Source: Bispira polyomma
Taxonomy: Eukaryota
Assembly: GCA_965649765.1 (NCBI GenBank)
Contig: OZ287760.1
Coordinates: 25,978,001-26,042,000, forward strand
Length of the DNA stretch: 64,000 nucleotides
Reading direction: 5' to 3'
Shown: in pieces, positions 25,690 to 39,329 of the stretch
How positions within the stretch are numbered: position 1 is the first letter of the stretch
Layout of the letters: the number at the start of each line of letters is the position of its first letter
Program-made: the position numbers and the translations under genes
Notes under the pieces: generated by a model
What the model saw: only the letters and a program-made list of their open reading frames with translations
What the model was told of the DNA's origin: nothing
Database searches by the model: none

Positions 25690-28618
25690 AATAATATTCA
25701 GGTTTTATCTGCAAACTGTCAATGATTGGGAAACAAACAGAAAAGGATGGACATTTTGGCATACTCCAAAGATAGAGAAGCTAACATAATTTGTCTCCCA
25801 GATACCCATTCGATCGAAAGTGACTTAAGTAATATTAAACAATTGTGGAATTACAATTGTTATATTCACGGGTCTAAAACCAATGCACATGGTGTAGCAA
25901 TTCTTTTAAAAAGTAATTCAGAATATACAGTATTGTCAAGTGAACAAGACACAGAAGGAAATTGCCTCTGTCTTACCATAAAACTTAGCTCTATGACAAT
26001 TGCCCTTATTACAATATATGCCCCAAATAAGGACACTCCACTTTTCTTTACAAAACTGCAGGATGTTGTGCAGAGTAGTAATTTTGATTACTGCATAATA
26101 TGTGGTGACTATAACTTAGTGATAAATCCTGCACTTGATACAGACGGATAGAAACATATAATAAATTCAAAAGCTAGGCTAACAGTGCTCAATATGATGG
26201 CTGATTTTGATCTTCTAGATATACTAGATTACTTTTTTGGTTTCCAAGAATATGTTAGATATGATTAATAAATGCGAAATTAAACCTGGTTGTAGGTCAG
26301 ACCAATCCATTATAGAATTAGAAATTGTGTTGAACCATTTTAAGGTGGGAAAGGGAATTTGGAAATTTAATAATAGTCTACTTAAAAACATTGATTATTT
26401 AAATTTAATAAACAAAGTAATAAAAGATATTTATAATAAAAATACCTGTATATGATTTTAAATTTTTAGAAAATAATTACAATGATATTAATTTCACGAT
26501 AGACAATGATCACTTTCTTTAAGGATAAGAGGGGAAACAATTAGGTTTGCAAGGCCTGTAAAAAAATAAATGTCTCTCAAAGAAAGAGATCTGATGAAAG
26601 ATTTATTATTTTGAAAGAAATATAGACTCCCAAAATTTCAATTTACAATTGCTATCAGATAAAAAAGCCGAATTGGAATATATTAGAGAAAATAAAATGA
26701 AAGAGGCACAGGTTAGAGCTAGAATACAGTGACTAAATGAGGGGAAAAAACCTCTAAGCCATTTTGTAATTTAGAATCGAGAAATTATGTCAAAAAAAAC
26801 AATAAAAAAATTACAATCGGATGATGGTCAAACAATTTATGAGCAGAAGGAATTGCTACACCACGTCAAAACTTATTATTCAAATTTATTTATCAACCGA
26901 GATGTGTACCTTAATGTAGAAAGCTTTGATTCTTTGAAAGAGGTTCAATTAGACAAAGTTGTTGATGAGAATTTGGGTGGTTCTATATCTGTAGATGGAT
27001 TGGAAACAGTTTAAAAAAAGATGAAACATAACAAAACACCAGGAATAGATGGTGTTACTGGGAAATTTTTATAAGTTTTCTGGGGAATGCTAAAATTTTT
27101 ATAGCTAGAGCAATCAACTGTGGTTTTGAAAAAGGTTCAATCTCAATAACTCTGCGCTAATGTATTATAGTCTGATTACCAAAGGGAAACAAGAACAGAA
27201 GTTTTATGAAGAACTGGCGACCTATTTCACTACTTTCTGTAATTTACAAGCTAGCTTCGGGTGTAATAGCTATAAGATTTATAATAGCTGTAACAGTTTT
27301 AGATCTTATTATACCAAAATCACAATCTGGCTTTGTACCAGGGGGACACATGATAGTGATTATGATATAATGCATTCAGCAAAAGTAAAAAATGTCCCTG
27401 GACTTTTAATGCTTATAGATTTTGAAAAGGCATTTGACTTCACTTCTTGAATATTTCTGTATAAAAATCTTCGAATGTTTGGTTTTAGCAAGGAATTTAT
27501 TAAGTGGGTAAAACTCTTTAACTCCAACATCAAAGCACATGTACTTCAATGTGGTACCTTAGCTGAATAAATTTCCATTGAAAGGGGTTCCAGACACGGG
27601 GACCCACTTTTGCCATATTTATTTTTAATAGGAACTGAAGTACTGTCTTCATTACTAAAACTAAATCCAAACATAAAATGTTTTAGGTTGAGAAATGAAG
27701 AAATCAAATTAACACAGTTTGCAGATGACACAACTCTTATACTTGATGGATCACAGCGCTCTCTAAAGACAGCACTTAATATACTAGAAATATTTGGAAA
27801 TTTTTCTGGCTTAAAAATGAACATAGAAAAACAAATGTGATCTGGATTGGTCGAAAACATTTCTTTTAGGAAAAATAAAAAATAAAACAACCTAGAATGG
27901 GGCAACATGGAATTTTCTATGTTAGGATTAAATTTTTCAACCAATTTGGGTGATATTCCAATCAGAAACTACTCTGATGCATTAGAAAAAAAATAAGAAG
28001 GACATGGCAAATTGGAGAAATAGATATCTCACACCTTTTGGAAGAATACTACCTATTAAAACCATATTTTTGTCAAAACTGATACACCTCTTCATTACCT
28101 TGCCTGCACCATTTGTATTTTGAAACAGATGAATAAAATGATGTTTGAATTTTTATGGAATCATAAACCTGATAAGGTCAAACAAAAAACCATATGTGGG
28201 GATTATTTAAAGGGGGTTTCAAAATAATTAATATATGGCATTTTGAAAGGCATTAAAAATAACTTGGATACAAAAGACAATCTATCAACTAGGAGTAGTA
28301 TATAACAAGGTATTACACGAATTAAATAGTAAGGTAAATAATTTATCTGGACTGGGTGGAGAATTACTGAAAAACTAATTTTGGACTACTATTTTTGGAT
28401 ACTGGAATAATTTCTGTTAAAAAACTCAACCCTAATCAAATAACGAAATTTCAGATTTATGTTTATGGTAGTCAAGTCAAGTAGTCAAGTATCAAAATGT
28501 ATTCTATGTTACCAGACTTGATACAAAAAGGGAATAAGCCTAGTCGGTGATATAAAATGTATATATAGAAGGAACTGTAATTTGTCATGCGAAATTGAAT
28601 AAAAAATATAACAGTTCC
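25690..28618 (+). mobile_element. L1/Tx1-type LINE ORF2 (APE endonuclease plus RT), degenerate, 5' part
   Basis: EN: IICLPDTH, GVAILL, TIYAPN, IICGDYN, SDQS, WKFNNSLL. RT: KTPGIDG, NWRPISLL, LIDFEKAFD, GDPLLPYLF, QFADDTTL, FSGLKMNIEK. Confidence 0.93.
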
Positions 28619-29169
28619 TCGGTGTGTGGGCAAATGATAGATATTTAACCAACAACACATAGTAAGAAAAGATTGTAGTTAAATACTTTTATTATATATA
28701 TATATGATTTCTACTACTAACATATTTTTTATATACAGTTTCTTTGTAGAATACGTAATACTGTTGTGGGCATAAGGTCCCCTTAACTCAAGTGAGTTTA
28801 AGGCCTTGAGCTTATACAAAGCTTACATTTAGGTGACCTTAGGTACAATGAGTTTAAGAGTATAAGTTTGCCAAAGTTGACTTTGAGTCCAAACTTAGAG
28901 GATTTGAGTTTAAGGTTAAGAGTTTAAGTTTGGTAGAAATTTTAATTTAAGGGCAAACTCAAGAGATTAAACTTTAAATTTATGCTAGTCTAAAGTTTGA
29001 CTTAGGGTTTTAAGTCGAACTTTAGATACTTGAGTACAATATGTACTAATATAATGAAGGGGGGGACCTTATGCCCAAAAAAGGTATAATATTTAGTGTT
29101 ATTTTGACATATCTTAAGCCTAAATATTTAAGTTAGACCACCAAGCCCCAAACTAGTAGGTGTTTTGTA

Positions 29170-30128
29170 GGACATCTTTAAAGGAATCTGCAACTTGAGT
29201 AGCAGCATCAGCAGAGTCTGAGATGTAACGCCACACGCAATCCGACGTCCAGGTGCCATGTTTTTGAATATCCTGAATCTTGACGTTATTGTTAAACGCA
29301 AAGGTGGCACCTGAACGTCAGAAGGCGTGAAAGATCAAGCCAGAGTATTGAGTACCAAGTAAGGATAGTACATTTTTGAGGTACCTTCGCACACGTGTGT
29401 CCGTTAGTGGAACCCACGAGCCTTGGAGTTTAAATTGAAATTTTTTCCTTTAGGTGAGATGGCTAACACAGCTTTCAAGGCCTGAACAGGACAAAGAATT
29501 GAATTTTGTATACTAGGGATGGTTAGCAACCGAACTGCATCATTTCTCTACAGCGTCTTGAACCATTTAACCATGATGACTCCATACCCTGACTTAAACA
29601 AAACATCAGCTCTAGCTAATTGCTTAAGAGGAGAGTATGACCCCATTGAATGAGGACACAGATTGGATAAACGCAAAAATGTAAAAAAACTTGTCAAATA
29701 AACAGCCTTGAAAATTTGGCCCATGTAAGTACTATCACATTTACTAATGAGAGCCCTAAGCAAATGCACATTAAAAATTCATTTCAATTTCGTTTGTAAA
29801 GATCTATGCATGGCCAAGGCTTTAGTGAAATAAGAAATTCTCTGATCAGAAAATACTTGAACATCTATATGAAACATAACACATTTTGCCTTCACAGCCG
29901 AGATGTGATTTACTACCTGAGAGGCCGAAACACCATTGAAATTTAGAAACTCTAAATATGCTAAAATTTGCAACACAGTCACCTTGTGGGGAGGCCACGA
30001 CACAAAGGCTCCAAAAGCTAGGAACTGTCGGAACATTCTGTCATATGCTTTATTAGTGGCAGGAGTAAGAGCTGAGTTCAGTCTATCACAAGCCCATCTC
30101 ATCAGAGCCAGACCCACAGGGTGAGGGC
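29170..30128 (-). pseudogene. Tyrosine recombinase of the Ngaro-like element, disrupted
   Basis: N-terminal SAM-like helices, FFTFLRLSNL (catalytic Arg), VKWFKTL, LCPVQAL, FHAF*RSGAT, HGTWTSDCVWRY. Confidence 0.92.
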
Positions 30129-30152
30129 CTGGAAAAGAAAAACTAGAACCTG

Positions 30153-32462
30153 CTATATAAGAGTATTCACATGAAGTAAATTTTCAGGGGCAGGAAGCCA
30201 TTGAATTGGTCCAGCCAGTTGATTTAATAATAGGTGGTTACTTTCTGTCTCTGCCCATCTGGAAAGTAAGTCAGCCACTTTATTTTCTCTACCTAGAATA
30301 TGGACTACAACAATTTCAATGTCAAACTTACTGGCTAACATGTATATGTTTCTGGTATAAGTGGCCAATATGGGGTCTCTAGTATGGCCTGTCTGTAAAA
30401 CATTGACTACTGCCTGATTGTCATATCTTACTAAAATTCTCTGACCCTTCCATTTTTGGACCCATAACTTCATTGCTACCAAAATGTTCAACATTTCGAG
30501 AGAAGCTATATTATACTCTGTCATACTTTTAGGAACTTTAATTTGGTATACTTGATTTCCATAAATCCCCCCATGCCTGTGAGGCAGGCATCCAGTTGTA
30601 TCTCGCCTGATATGGGTTTATGTAAGAAAAAGGAAACACCATTGAACTGCTCTGCAAAAGTTCTAAACCAATTTAAGTCACGTCTGAATGCATCACTTAT
30701 TACAATTTTATTTTTACTGTGATTAATAGTGATTATCTCGTAGCAGTTCCAACATTCTATTCAAGAAAACCCGAGCATATTTAACACATTTAGAGATATA
30801 TAGCAAAAGGCCCATTAAGGACTGTAGTTCTCTTTTGGTACAATAATTTTTTGAAGCCCAATCCCTGCACTTGCTCTGAATTTCTGCCATTTTTTTCAGA
30901 TGGGATAGAAGTTGTGCATTTGACTGTGTCAATTATTATGCCTAAGCAGACTACCTCAGTGCTAGGTGGAACCAATTTTTTCTGACTAACTGTAAGACCC
31001 AGTTCAGCAAATAATTCTAGCAGTCTTATTAACGTTTTCTGAATTTTGCTAGGAAGTGATACACATAAAAAATCGTCGATATAATTGTGGATGTTATGAT
31101 TTTCTGAGTGCATTATGAAACGCACTGCATCCGAAATTCGTTGAAAAATAGTGCTGCCATTTAAATAACCGAACGGCAGCGATTTATCGACATAGTAAGA
31201 TTTACACTTCAACCCTAAGAGGTCAATGTCACCAGGGTCGATGAGGACGTGGTGAAACGCCCTACTCACGTCTATTTTAAATATCTGACAACCCTTACCA
31301 AATTTAGACACTTCAGTAGTAAGATGATCAATGGAAGGGTAAGACAGTAAAAAATCGACACCCAGATACGAAGTCGACAAAGCACCTGCATTTACTGAAG
31401 CCCCTTGAGGCCAACTCAAATCCACAATCACACGTCTGTTAATCGAGTTGGGTTTATGTCTGGTCATTAAAGGGGAACAATGCAAATTCTGAATTGGTGG
31501 AGTGTCGAAAGGACCAAGCATTGCCCCAAAGCCACATTCTTCCTTCATATAGGAGTCTACATGTTGAGGAAATTCCTCTGCTGACTTATGGTTAGTTTCA
31601 TTCGACATCAAGAGGGAATCCGTATTTTATAAGGAGAGGCAGTTGCCAATCCCAGTAGGTTTGTAAATACTTTCCCCCACGTTTCAGCTTTTAATTGAGA
31701 ATGGACAGGAATCTGGAGGCCAGTATAATTATGCCTGCCATCAAGACGTAGTTTCTTATGCATTTGTAATATGGATAGTTCGTGCCCTCCCCCACCATGG
31801 TCGGCAATCTCACTGGCCAAAGCCGAGAGAGGAATAAATCCATAAGCATGACTACTCTGGTCCTGCCATTTTTTGTGTGTTTGATTCGAGGCCGCCTTCT
31901 GCAGCAACTCCCTTTTATTTTTCTTGTGCTTTAAAGCACACAAATACTTATCAGAGGTTTCAACATTTTCATTAACACGTTCTGCGCAAGTACTTGTCTC
32001 TTGGCGCTTTGCAAAGCCCCCACTGTTACCCGGGGTGTTACTAGAGCGAACGACCCTCACAATGACTGCATTGTCCTCCACAGGTATCTGTGCCAACGCC
32101 GAAAACCGGTTGTTAAGCTGAAGGCCACAGTTAGCTTCATTGACACGGCTCTTTTCGCCCCCCCTCTGAATCGATTTTCTAACACCTTTTGTCTCCACGC
32201 CCTGTTGCTTTGTGCATGGGGGTCGCTTCACAATAGGTGTCACTTTCTTAGCCGCTTGAATGGAGGTGCCAATTGCAGGTGTTAACTTTTCAAACCTTTG
32301 AATAGATGTGGCAGCAGAGGTGTCAACATTATTCTTGAGTTCATCTCTGCCAACCTTTTGTGGTTGGCAAAATCTGCCCTTTGTCACCTTTCCAGAGCTA
32401 AACCTGTCAACCCCACCCTTATGGCTCAGACTTTCTGTATGTCCAGTATTATATACCAACAT
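30153..32462 (-). pseudogene. pol (RT plus RNase H) of the Ngaro-like element, several frameshifts
   Basis: HCSPLMTRHKP, RRVIVDLSWP, FKIDVSRAF, LPFGYLNGSTIFQ, NYIDDFL, LQSLMGLL, DAC, EMLNILVA, YDNQAVV, NKVADLLSR. Confidence 0.93.
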
Positions 32463-32655
32463 TGGTTTTCTGGTACTAGCAGTACTTTTTAAAGCATCAC
32501 TATAACTAACTTTTGACCTTCATATATTTACACATTTTCTGATACACATTTTTTTCAAACAAATGAAAATCTTTGAAGCCTGTGCCATAGACAGTTCTAT
32601 TTACAACCTTAACATTTTTTTAACTTTTTATCCACTGCATCCAAGCAGTGGCCCC

Positions 32656-33618
32656 TTAGTTTTTTGCCTCTTTTTTGCTACACATACTGGTCTTATGACT
32701 ACCCCCACAAATTTCACAACTATGCCTATACATTTGCCCCCCTGTATTATGTGAGCTAGAGAACTTGCAAGTTCCTTCTTGGAAGAACCTGCAAGGTGTC
32801 GACTTTTTCTGACTAGTTTTACTACTGCCAGTGCTAACAGCACGGCCATTCGCCCCATGAATAGATCTTGACACACCTACATGACATTGGGCGTGTGCCC
32901 TGCGAATCCGGTCGACCTTCTCGACATCCAACCACCCGAGCTTGTCCATTTCCATATTGGTTAGGACTACCGCGTGGCAGGCCTTCGCCGCCTCCCACGA
33001 AAAGTCTTGGGCGTCCTCCATGAGGCCACTTATGTAATCTAGCATAGCGTTCTTAATTTCAGTCGACTTCTCCTCATGAGCGATCCGGGTGAAGCCACAA
33101 ACCCATTATACAAGGGTTAGGTCGTCGTAACTAGGGCGAGTCTTCGAACTGCCGGTCAGCACATAATTCTGGGGCCATTCGACTGCCTTTTTTACAATAA
33201 CCTCGTTTTCCCCAGAGACTTAATTTTACCTGAGGGATTTTCATTAAGAGACCAGAGTTCCTTTAATCTCTGTTCAACTTGCAACTGAATCTGAGCGTTC
33301 TGACTCAAAAATTCGACACTCGGAACGACAGTATCTGGGCCAGTAGGTGGGCTTTTACCTTCGTCAGCAGAGACTAGCTCTTTAGAAACACTAGGAGTAA
33401 TGCTAGAAGGAACGGTACTCGCCTTACTACTGGTGAGGTTGGCTGCTAACGCTGCCTCTGTCTGCTGGACTCGCTGATCCATCCTCTCGACTACCTGGCT
33501 AAGTGATTGCAACTGCTGTAGTATAGCGCTAGATACAGCCTCGTTCGGATGAACCAGCGAGTCCTCATGGGAGCCAGCGTCAACCTCCACTCCCTCACCC
33601 GAGATATCAGGCATATTA
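32656..33618 (-). pseudogene. gag-like ORF of the Ngaro-like element (one frameshift near 33200)
   Basis: Coiled-coil segment, then WPQNYVL, YDDLTL, MLDYISGLMEDAQDFSWEAAKACHAVVL and a finger PCRFFQEGTC...HSCEIC..H. Confidence 0.85.
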
Positions 33619-33907
33619 ACCGAACAGTTTCTTCCAACCGGTCTCTCATGTTTTTGCAAACAGCTTTTTACCTGGCATGACTTGAGTGTATATTGAATTA
33701 AAATACTAAAACCATATAACAGTATAAAACATAAAACACTCTCTTTGTCACCCAAACAGTATTTGAATTTTCCTAGTGCTCTGCTGACAAACGGTAAAAG
33801 GCGGGAGAATTTGAAAGGGGGATGGCTTATGTACTCGCCCATCCATCCCTTAGTAGTGAACAGCCAGGTACCCCACAACTGAGGCCGCCAACGCTGGGGG
33901 CGTTAGC

Positions 33908-34930
33908 TTTCACATTTCTACAAATATTTTAGACCATTACAGGTTAAAACTCTCGGTTTAGAAGTTCCTGAAGACATATGAAAAATGCAGGACATTTTCT
34001 TCCTTGAGATCTTGTCTACCATTCCATATAAAAATTTTGTCTAAATCCAGAAAAGGGAGTAATGGTTTCTATAAAATATACAGTGGAGATGACTTTGTGT
34101 GACCATTTTTTAACTCAATATGGGTAGTAAAACTAAATTTCTCAGTACATATCAATGTTTTGAAGGGGGCCGCGGTAGCCTAGTGGTTAGCAAGCATTGA
34201 GCTTCACAATCACTGGTCTCTCACCTCTGGGCGGCGTGAGTTCGACTCCTGTCAATGCCTATGTAGGAAAGGTGGTAATTCCTTACTGTTGGCCGCTGGT
34301 TTCAATGCAGAACCTTGATCAACTGTATGCAGTCCTTCAGCGTTTCCAACTACCCGTCCTAATATAACCTAAACAGGTACTAGAGTGGACATTAAATATC
34401 CAAATTCAAATCAATGTTTTGAAAAATATTTTTTAAGGCCAGTTTCAAGTCTATTTTAGATAACACATTAATATGGTTTCAATATAAAATACTTTTTAAC
34501 ATTTTGGATGCCAATCATTATTTGCATGAGATAAAAGTAGTTGATTCTAACCTTTGCAATTTTTCTGTTAGCAACATCCTGATTCTATTTACCACCTTTT
34601 TACCTGGTGCACTTACATTGACAAATTGTGGCAAAATATATTAGATTGTATCTGGAATAAGTTTGCTCTTAAAATAGAGCTATGCGATGCTAAAAATATT
34701 ATGGTATAAAAAAATGGACATAAATTTCTGGCCATTAAACTTTTTGCTACTAGTATCAAGGTATTACGTATTGTGGTGCTCAAAGAGGAAATTTCAATTG
34801 AACATATATTTCCTTCAGAAAAATATAAAGATATATTTTTAGAACAAAAAATTTTGTCGAAAGTAAATTAAACTGAACAAACATTTAACAAGAAATGGGA
34901 AGTATGGGAAAACTTCATAGTGTAAAACGT
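33908..34930 (+). mobile_element. 3' part of the L1/Tx1 LINE ORF2 (C-terminal Cys/His knuckle region)
   Basis: WFQYKIL and KVVDSNLCNF..QHPDSIYHLFTWC motifs at ~34475-34610; ends ...FNKKWEVW. Confidence 0.8.
34165..34409 (+). mobile_element. tRNA-derived SINE with perfect 14-bp TSD, inserted in the LINE
   Basis: A box TAGCCTAGTGG, B box GAGTTCGACTCC. TSD ATCAATGTTTTGAA at 34151-34164 and 34410-34423. Confidence 0.95.
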
Positions 34931-35289
34931 TTTGTTTTTTTTTGTTAAACTTCTGCATAAGATGTCCATTGAGAAAGTGAGCATTATAAAAAAAATATTA
35001 TTAAAAACATGTTTTCTTGTGATTTGGTAACCAGCATTGAGGTATAAATTGATTGCATTTATTAAAATGTGCCTACTGTATATTTGTAATATTTATTTTT
35101 ATACAACAAAAAGAAATAAAAAATTTTTAAAAAAAGGAAAGATGTACAGCATTGGCTAAAGGAATTTGTCCAGCAGTTCACTTTAGGGGCCTCTGTCTCA
35201 GTTACCCTCCTGTTCAAATAGACTTTTTTAAAACTATTCTTGTGCTGGAAATGCACTTTTCCCTACTTAGGTATGCAGCCAATCAATGA

Positions 35290-36354
35290 TTAGACCCCCT
35301 TGAATTAGCGTGGGTATCCGGGTATCCCCCCATCCACTCTGCATTTTTGGAAATGCAAAATTTTTGGGTATCCAAGGGTAAACAACTATTTTACTGAAAT
35401 TTTATATACTGTGATTAATTTAAGCGTTTATTTTTGATACAATAAGCTTTTATATACACATAGTTTATATACACCCTAGTAGACTATTTGAAGGATAAAA
35501 CAAGTAAAACCACCAGTAGTGTGCCCCTGAAGAAGAGGGGAGCTACGGAAACATGCAAAACAGTGATGAAAGTGACAGATCTGGTCGTACAAAACTTGAA
35601 TGCCCCGTTATCTGAAGTTGAATCTGCGAAGAGATCAGGTGATATGTTCGAGATCATGAATATTCTCCGAAAGTTACATTCCGCCAAGGCGTCCATTAAC
35701 AAATGGTTAGACATGGTCGAAACAAGGGGCTCTTGCAACTCCACACCGCTTAACTTACCCCATCATCGGTACGATACCATTCTGGACCTGGGTAGTCACG
35801 CTCTGCCATCCACGGTACAACAACCACTGCCAGTATATCAACCTCAACAGATTTCTGGCATCTAGCCTGTCGTCCAGCCAGCTGCAGTACAACTAACGCA
35901 GCAAGTATACCACCCACAACAGATGCCTAGTATCCAGCCGGTCGCAACTCACTTAGAGTATCAACAAGATGCCATGATTCCTCATCCTGATGTATTGAAA
36001 ACGCTGCCTTGTCCCAAGGTAAGCCATCCTCTTTCTGCCAGAAATCTGGCAGGTTCAATCAAACTGACATTTGTAGTGCAGACCCCCAGTCATGCTGGGC
36101 CAATGAAGATTGGCTGGGTGGCACTACTCGAAAGCGATCCCAGTATGATGAGCTGTCGCTTGCTCAATGGTCTGGTGGTGACCACCATGGGGCATATGCT
36201 TAACCAGATGATATACTCTCTTAAAGATGCAGCTTTCCTCCCCTGGCCGGTTAAAAAGGGACAAGTCAACCCAGTGGGCGTTGAATGGACTCAGCACATC
36301 CCAGTTAGTTCTCGCCAACTCACAGGTGTATGTTTTTACATTGGTAGTTCATAA
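35290..36354 (+). mobile_element. 5' fragment (leader plus gag) of an Ngaro-like element related to the one at 20690
   Basis: LDMVETRGSCNSTPL vs PDQVEARGNSTPL; YDELSLAQWS; MLNQMIYSLKDAAFLPWP vs MLKQMIYTLRDSHALLWP. Confidence 0.8.
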
Positions 36355-36526
36355 AACCATGTCGGCTATCATGCCATGAAACGGTTTTAGTGTATCTATT
36401 GAGCCTAAGTTCACCTAGAGCTTACACTTGTTGTCTTCTGTATGGAAGAGGTCTGCTGATACTAAAACATTTTAACCCTATAGTTATTACCTACTTATGC
36501 CAAGCTATATAAATGCCATAACACTC

Positions 36527-37051
36527 TCAACACTCAAATCCCTTAAATCCTTAATACCGCTAAAAGTCTAACAACAACATCCCTTAAATGGTTAATACTG
36601 CTAAAAGTCTAACACACCAACCTTGCTTAAAGCCTTAATACCGCTAAAAGTCTGACACACCCACATCCCTTAAATCTTTAATATTGCTAAAAGTATAAAA
36701 CACCTACATCCCGTAAACCCTAATAGTGCAGTAATTCCACACACCCACATCCCTTAAATCCTTAATAGCGCAGAAAGTATACACACCAACATCCCTTAAA
36801 TTATTAATAGCGTAAAAAATTTAATACACCCACATCCCTTAAATCCTTAATAATGCTAAAAGTCTAAAACACCAACTTTCCTTAAATCCTTAATACTGCT
36901 AAAAGTCTAACACACCCACATCCCCTAAATCCTTAATACTGCTGAAAGTATAAAACACCAACATCCCTTAAATCCTTGATGCCGCAGAAAGTCCAACATC
37001 CCTTAAATCCTTAATACAGCTAAAAGTCTAACACACCAACATTGCTTAAAC
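36527..37051. repeat. Minisatellite, ~43-bp unit, ~12 copies
   Basis: Consensus ACACACCAACATCCCTTAAATCCTTAATACTGCTAAAAGTCTA. Confidence 0.93.
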
Positions 37052-38936
37052 CCTGATCTAGGTATCCCTACCCCCATGTTTAGCATCAACCGGTTATCTC
37101 AAACATACAAGATACCTACAAGCATTTATGTGTTTGTGTCAACCAGTAAGCGAAATAGTTTGACATAACAGATCGTTACTTTTTTCAGATGGTTTCTTTA
37201 CTTGGTCATTAAGCATCCCCCACCCCCCACACACACCATCAGCCTTGTGGTGTAATCATAATATAGTTTTAGTGGCTGAAGTATGCGATCTATAATCGTC
37301 ACTTTTAGAATTGAATTAGAAAAGTTTTACCGGTAATCGAATTAAGAACATCACACTTGAACCGTTAAAAGTGTAGTTTTTAAGAGAAAATGTTGGGTGT
37401 ACAAGAAGGAACTACGGTAAGTTGTAAGCTTTTTCCTGAAACCAGTAAGTGTGTCTGTTTAAAATATTGACACGTAAAAGATGTAGCATGTTAGACTATG
37501 CCACCTCTCGTAACGGTCATGCAAATATATGTTCAACCACACTACATTCTTACATTTCTCAGCTTTTGCATCAAATATCTTACAGGGCAAAGTACATATC
37601 CTAATTTAAATCCTGTGGTGCCAGGACATTAGTGTTAACTTTGCTCTTAATACTAAGACTAACAGTAAGCAGTTTATAATATTTTAGACTTAAATGTCAA
37701 GTTTAAAACTAAGTTAAGACTAAGACCTTTTGTCAATACGGCGCTGAAGCTGGAGCTGAAGGCATTGTATATCAACAACATGCTACTTCCATACAGACTT
37801 GTTTGATCTTTTAGATTTACAGAATCCAGTCTGACATACTACTAAACTGCCCACAGTCGATGTATACCTAAAATGTTTGCTTCACACATATACAATATGC
37901 CTACCACACAGATCTGATGAACCCTAAACATAATAGTACAGTAAGTAACAAAAAAAACAAGTTTGACTGAATTCAACATTTTAGTTTTACATATTACTTC
38001 AGTAAAAGCATTAGACATAAAATAATCTCAAAATTAAAATAAATTAGTTTAACGATACTATTTCCTGTATTTATTAGATTTATGTTTTGATTTCAGCACA
38101 TAATCAGTTAAAACACCAATTGAATTGTTTGACAAAAAGGCAAGATAAAAAACAGATTTATTAGTCTCTCTCATTCCTATGAGGCTCACTTATTTTCAAG
38201 ATCCGAGATGATAATAAATGACATGGTTTTAGTCTGTCCTCATATAATACTCTCTGTACCTGCTACGACTATATTCTTCATAAAAAAAGTGTTATTAACA
38301 GTGTGATGTAACATCAAAGAACTGACACTTCAACAGTTAACAGCTGAGATGTGGCTAATACCACCAAATACCACCAATTAATTCATTATGGACATGAGTA
38401 TCAATATAATATCACAAAAGATCTCATAGTTTTGTGTTTTTAAAATCAATATATTTCTTGTATTTTCAGTGTAACTGGCATTACTTTTAACCCCTTTATT
38501 TCTTCTTTTTTGACAATTGTAAAGTTAAAATGCAATATAATCTATGTATTAACTTAAGATGAAACATAGTATACAAAAAAAGTTAATTTTATTGAGTGTT
38601 AATTTCTAAAATAATAAACTCCCCTTTAAAGTACAGATAATTATGATTTGATAAAAAACAATGACTAATTTATGCCTTATTAGAGTTCTGGGTAAAATGA
38701 AACCACAAAATAATAAGGCACATCACAAATGACAAAAAATAAGTTTCATAGTGTCCTCATATACATTTTAAGTGTAAACAGCTCATAGTTAATATATATA
38801 ACATAAAATATGCACGTCCTACAAGTTCTCACTTTGTATAAGTTACAACTTGTACCGGTTTCAAACTGCTTGTACAAATAGAAACTTGTATAAAATATGC
38901 CCTTGTACCCAACATAAAGGTAGCTGTTTAAAGGAA

Positions 38937-39329
38937 TCACAGTTCAATAAAGCCCATATAACTAAGAATCATGGCCACAACAGACAGGCTGTTAAAGACA
39001 ACTAATCCTTGATGACGATCTACTTCTATCACCATAGCGATCACTGCCATAGTGATGGCTCCGTAATACCTCTTACTGGAACATTCCTCAGACTTCATCA
39101 CAAAGTACATAAACAGCAGGGCGAACAGCAAGAAGTTTACAGCTTTTCCCGCCAGAATAAGAGTCATGACGACCACAAGCAAAGACGCCAAGAGTCGCTT
39201 TAGTCCAACGAGTAACAGAAAGTTGATTTGTTCTGAGTGGAAGTTGTGCTTCCATTTGGTGAGTTCAGATTGAAAGCGTCTGTGGTCTGCGTCAAGTTTG
39301 GTAATCTGCTGTCTGTAGTACTGTAAACC
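38937..39329 (-). CDS. Terminal exon of an uncharacterised host gene (coiled coil followed by about 4 hydrophobic segments)
   Basis: Acceptor TTTTTTCTGTTCACAG|, phase 0, 131 codons including the stop: GLQYYRQQITKLDADHRRFQSELTKWK...ILSYMGFIEL*. AATAAA on the minus strand near 38590. Confidence 0.8.
   Translation of the reverse strand, partial: GLQYYRQQITKLDADHRRFQSELTKWKHNFHSEQINFLLLVGLKRLLASLLVVVMTLILAGKAVNFLLFALLFMYFVMKSEECSSKRYYGAITMAVIAMVIEVDRHQGLVVFNSLSVVAMILSYMGFIEL

Larger units (their letters stand above)
28619..33907 (-). mobile_element. Near full-length Ngaro-like tyrosine-recombinase retrotransposon inserted into the L1/Tx1 LINE
   Basis: gag, RT, RNase H and YR occur in order on the minus strand with no MT domain after RNase H. 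LINE coding sequence stops at ~28618 and resumes at ~33908. Confidence 0.92.
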
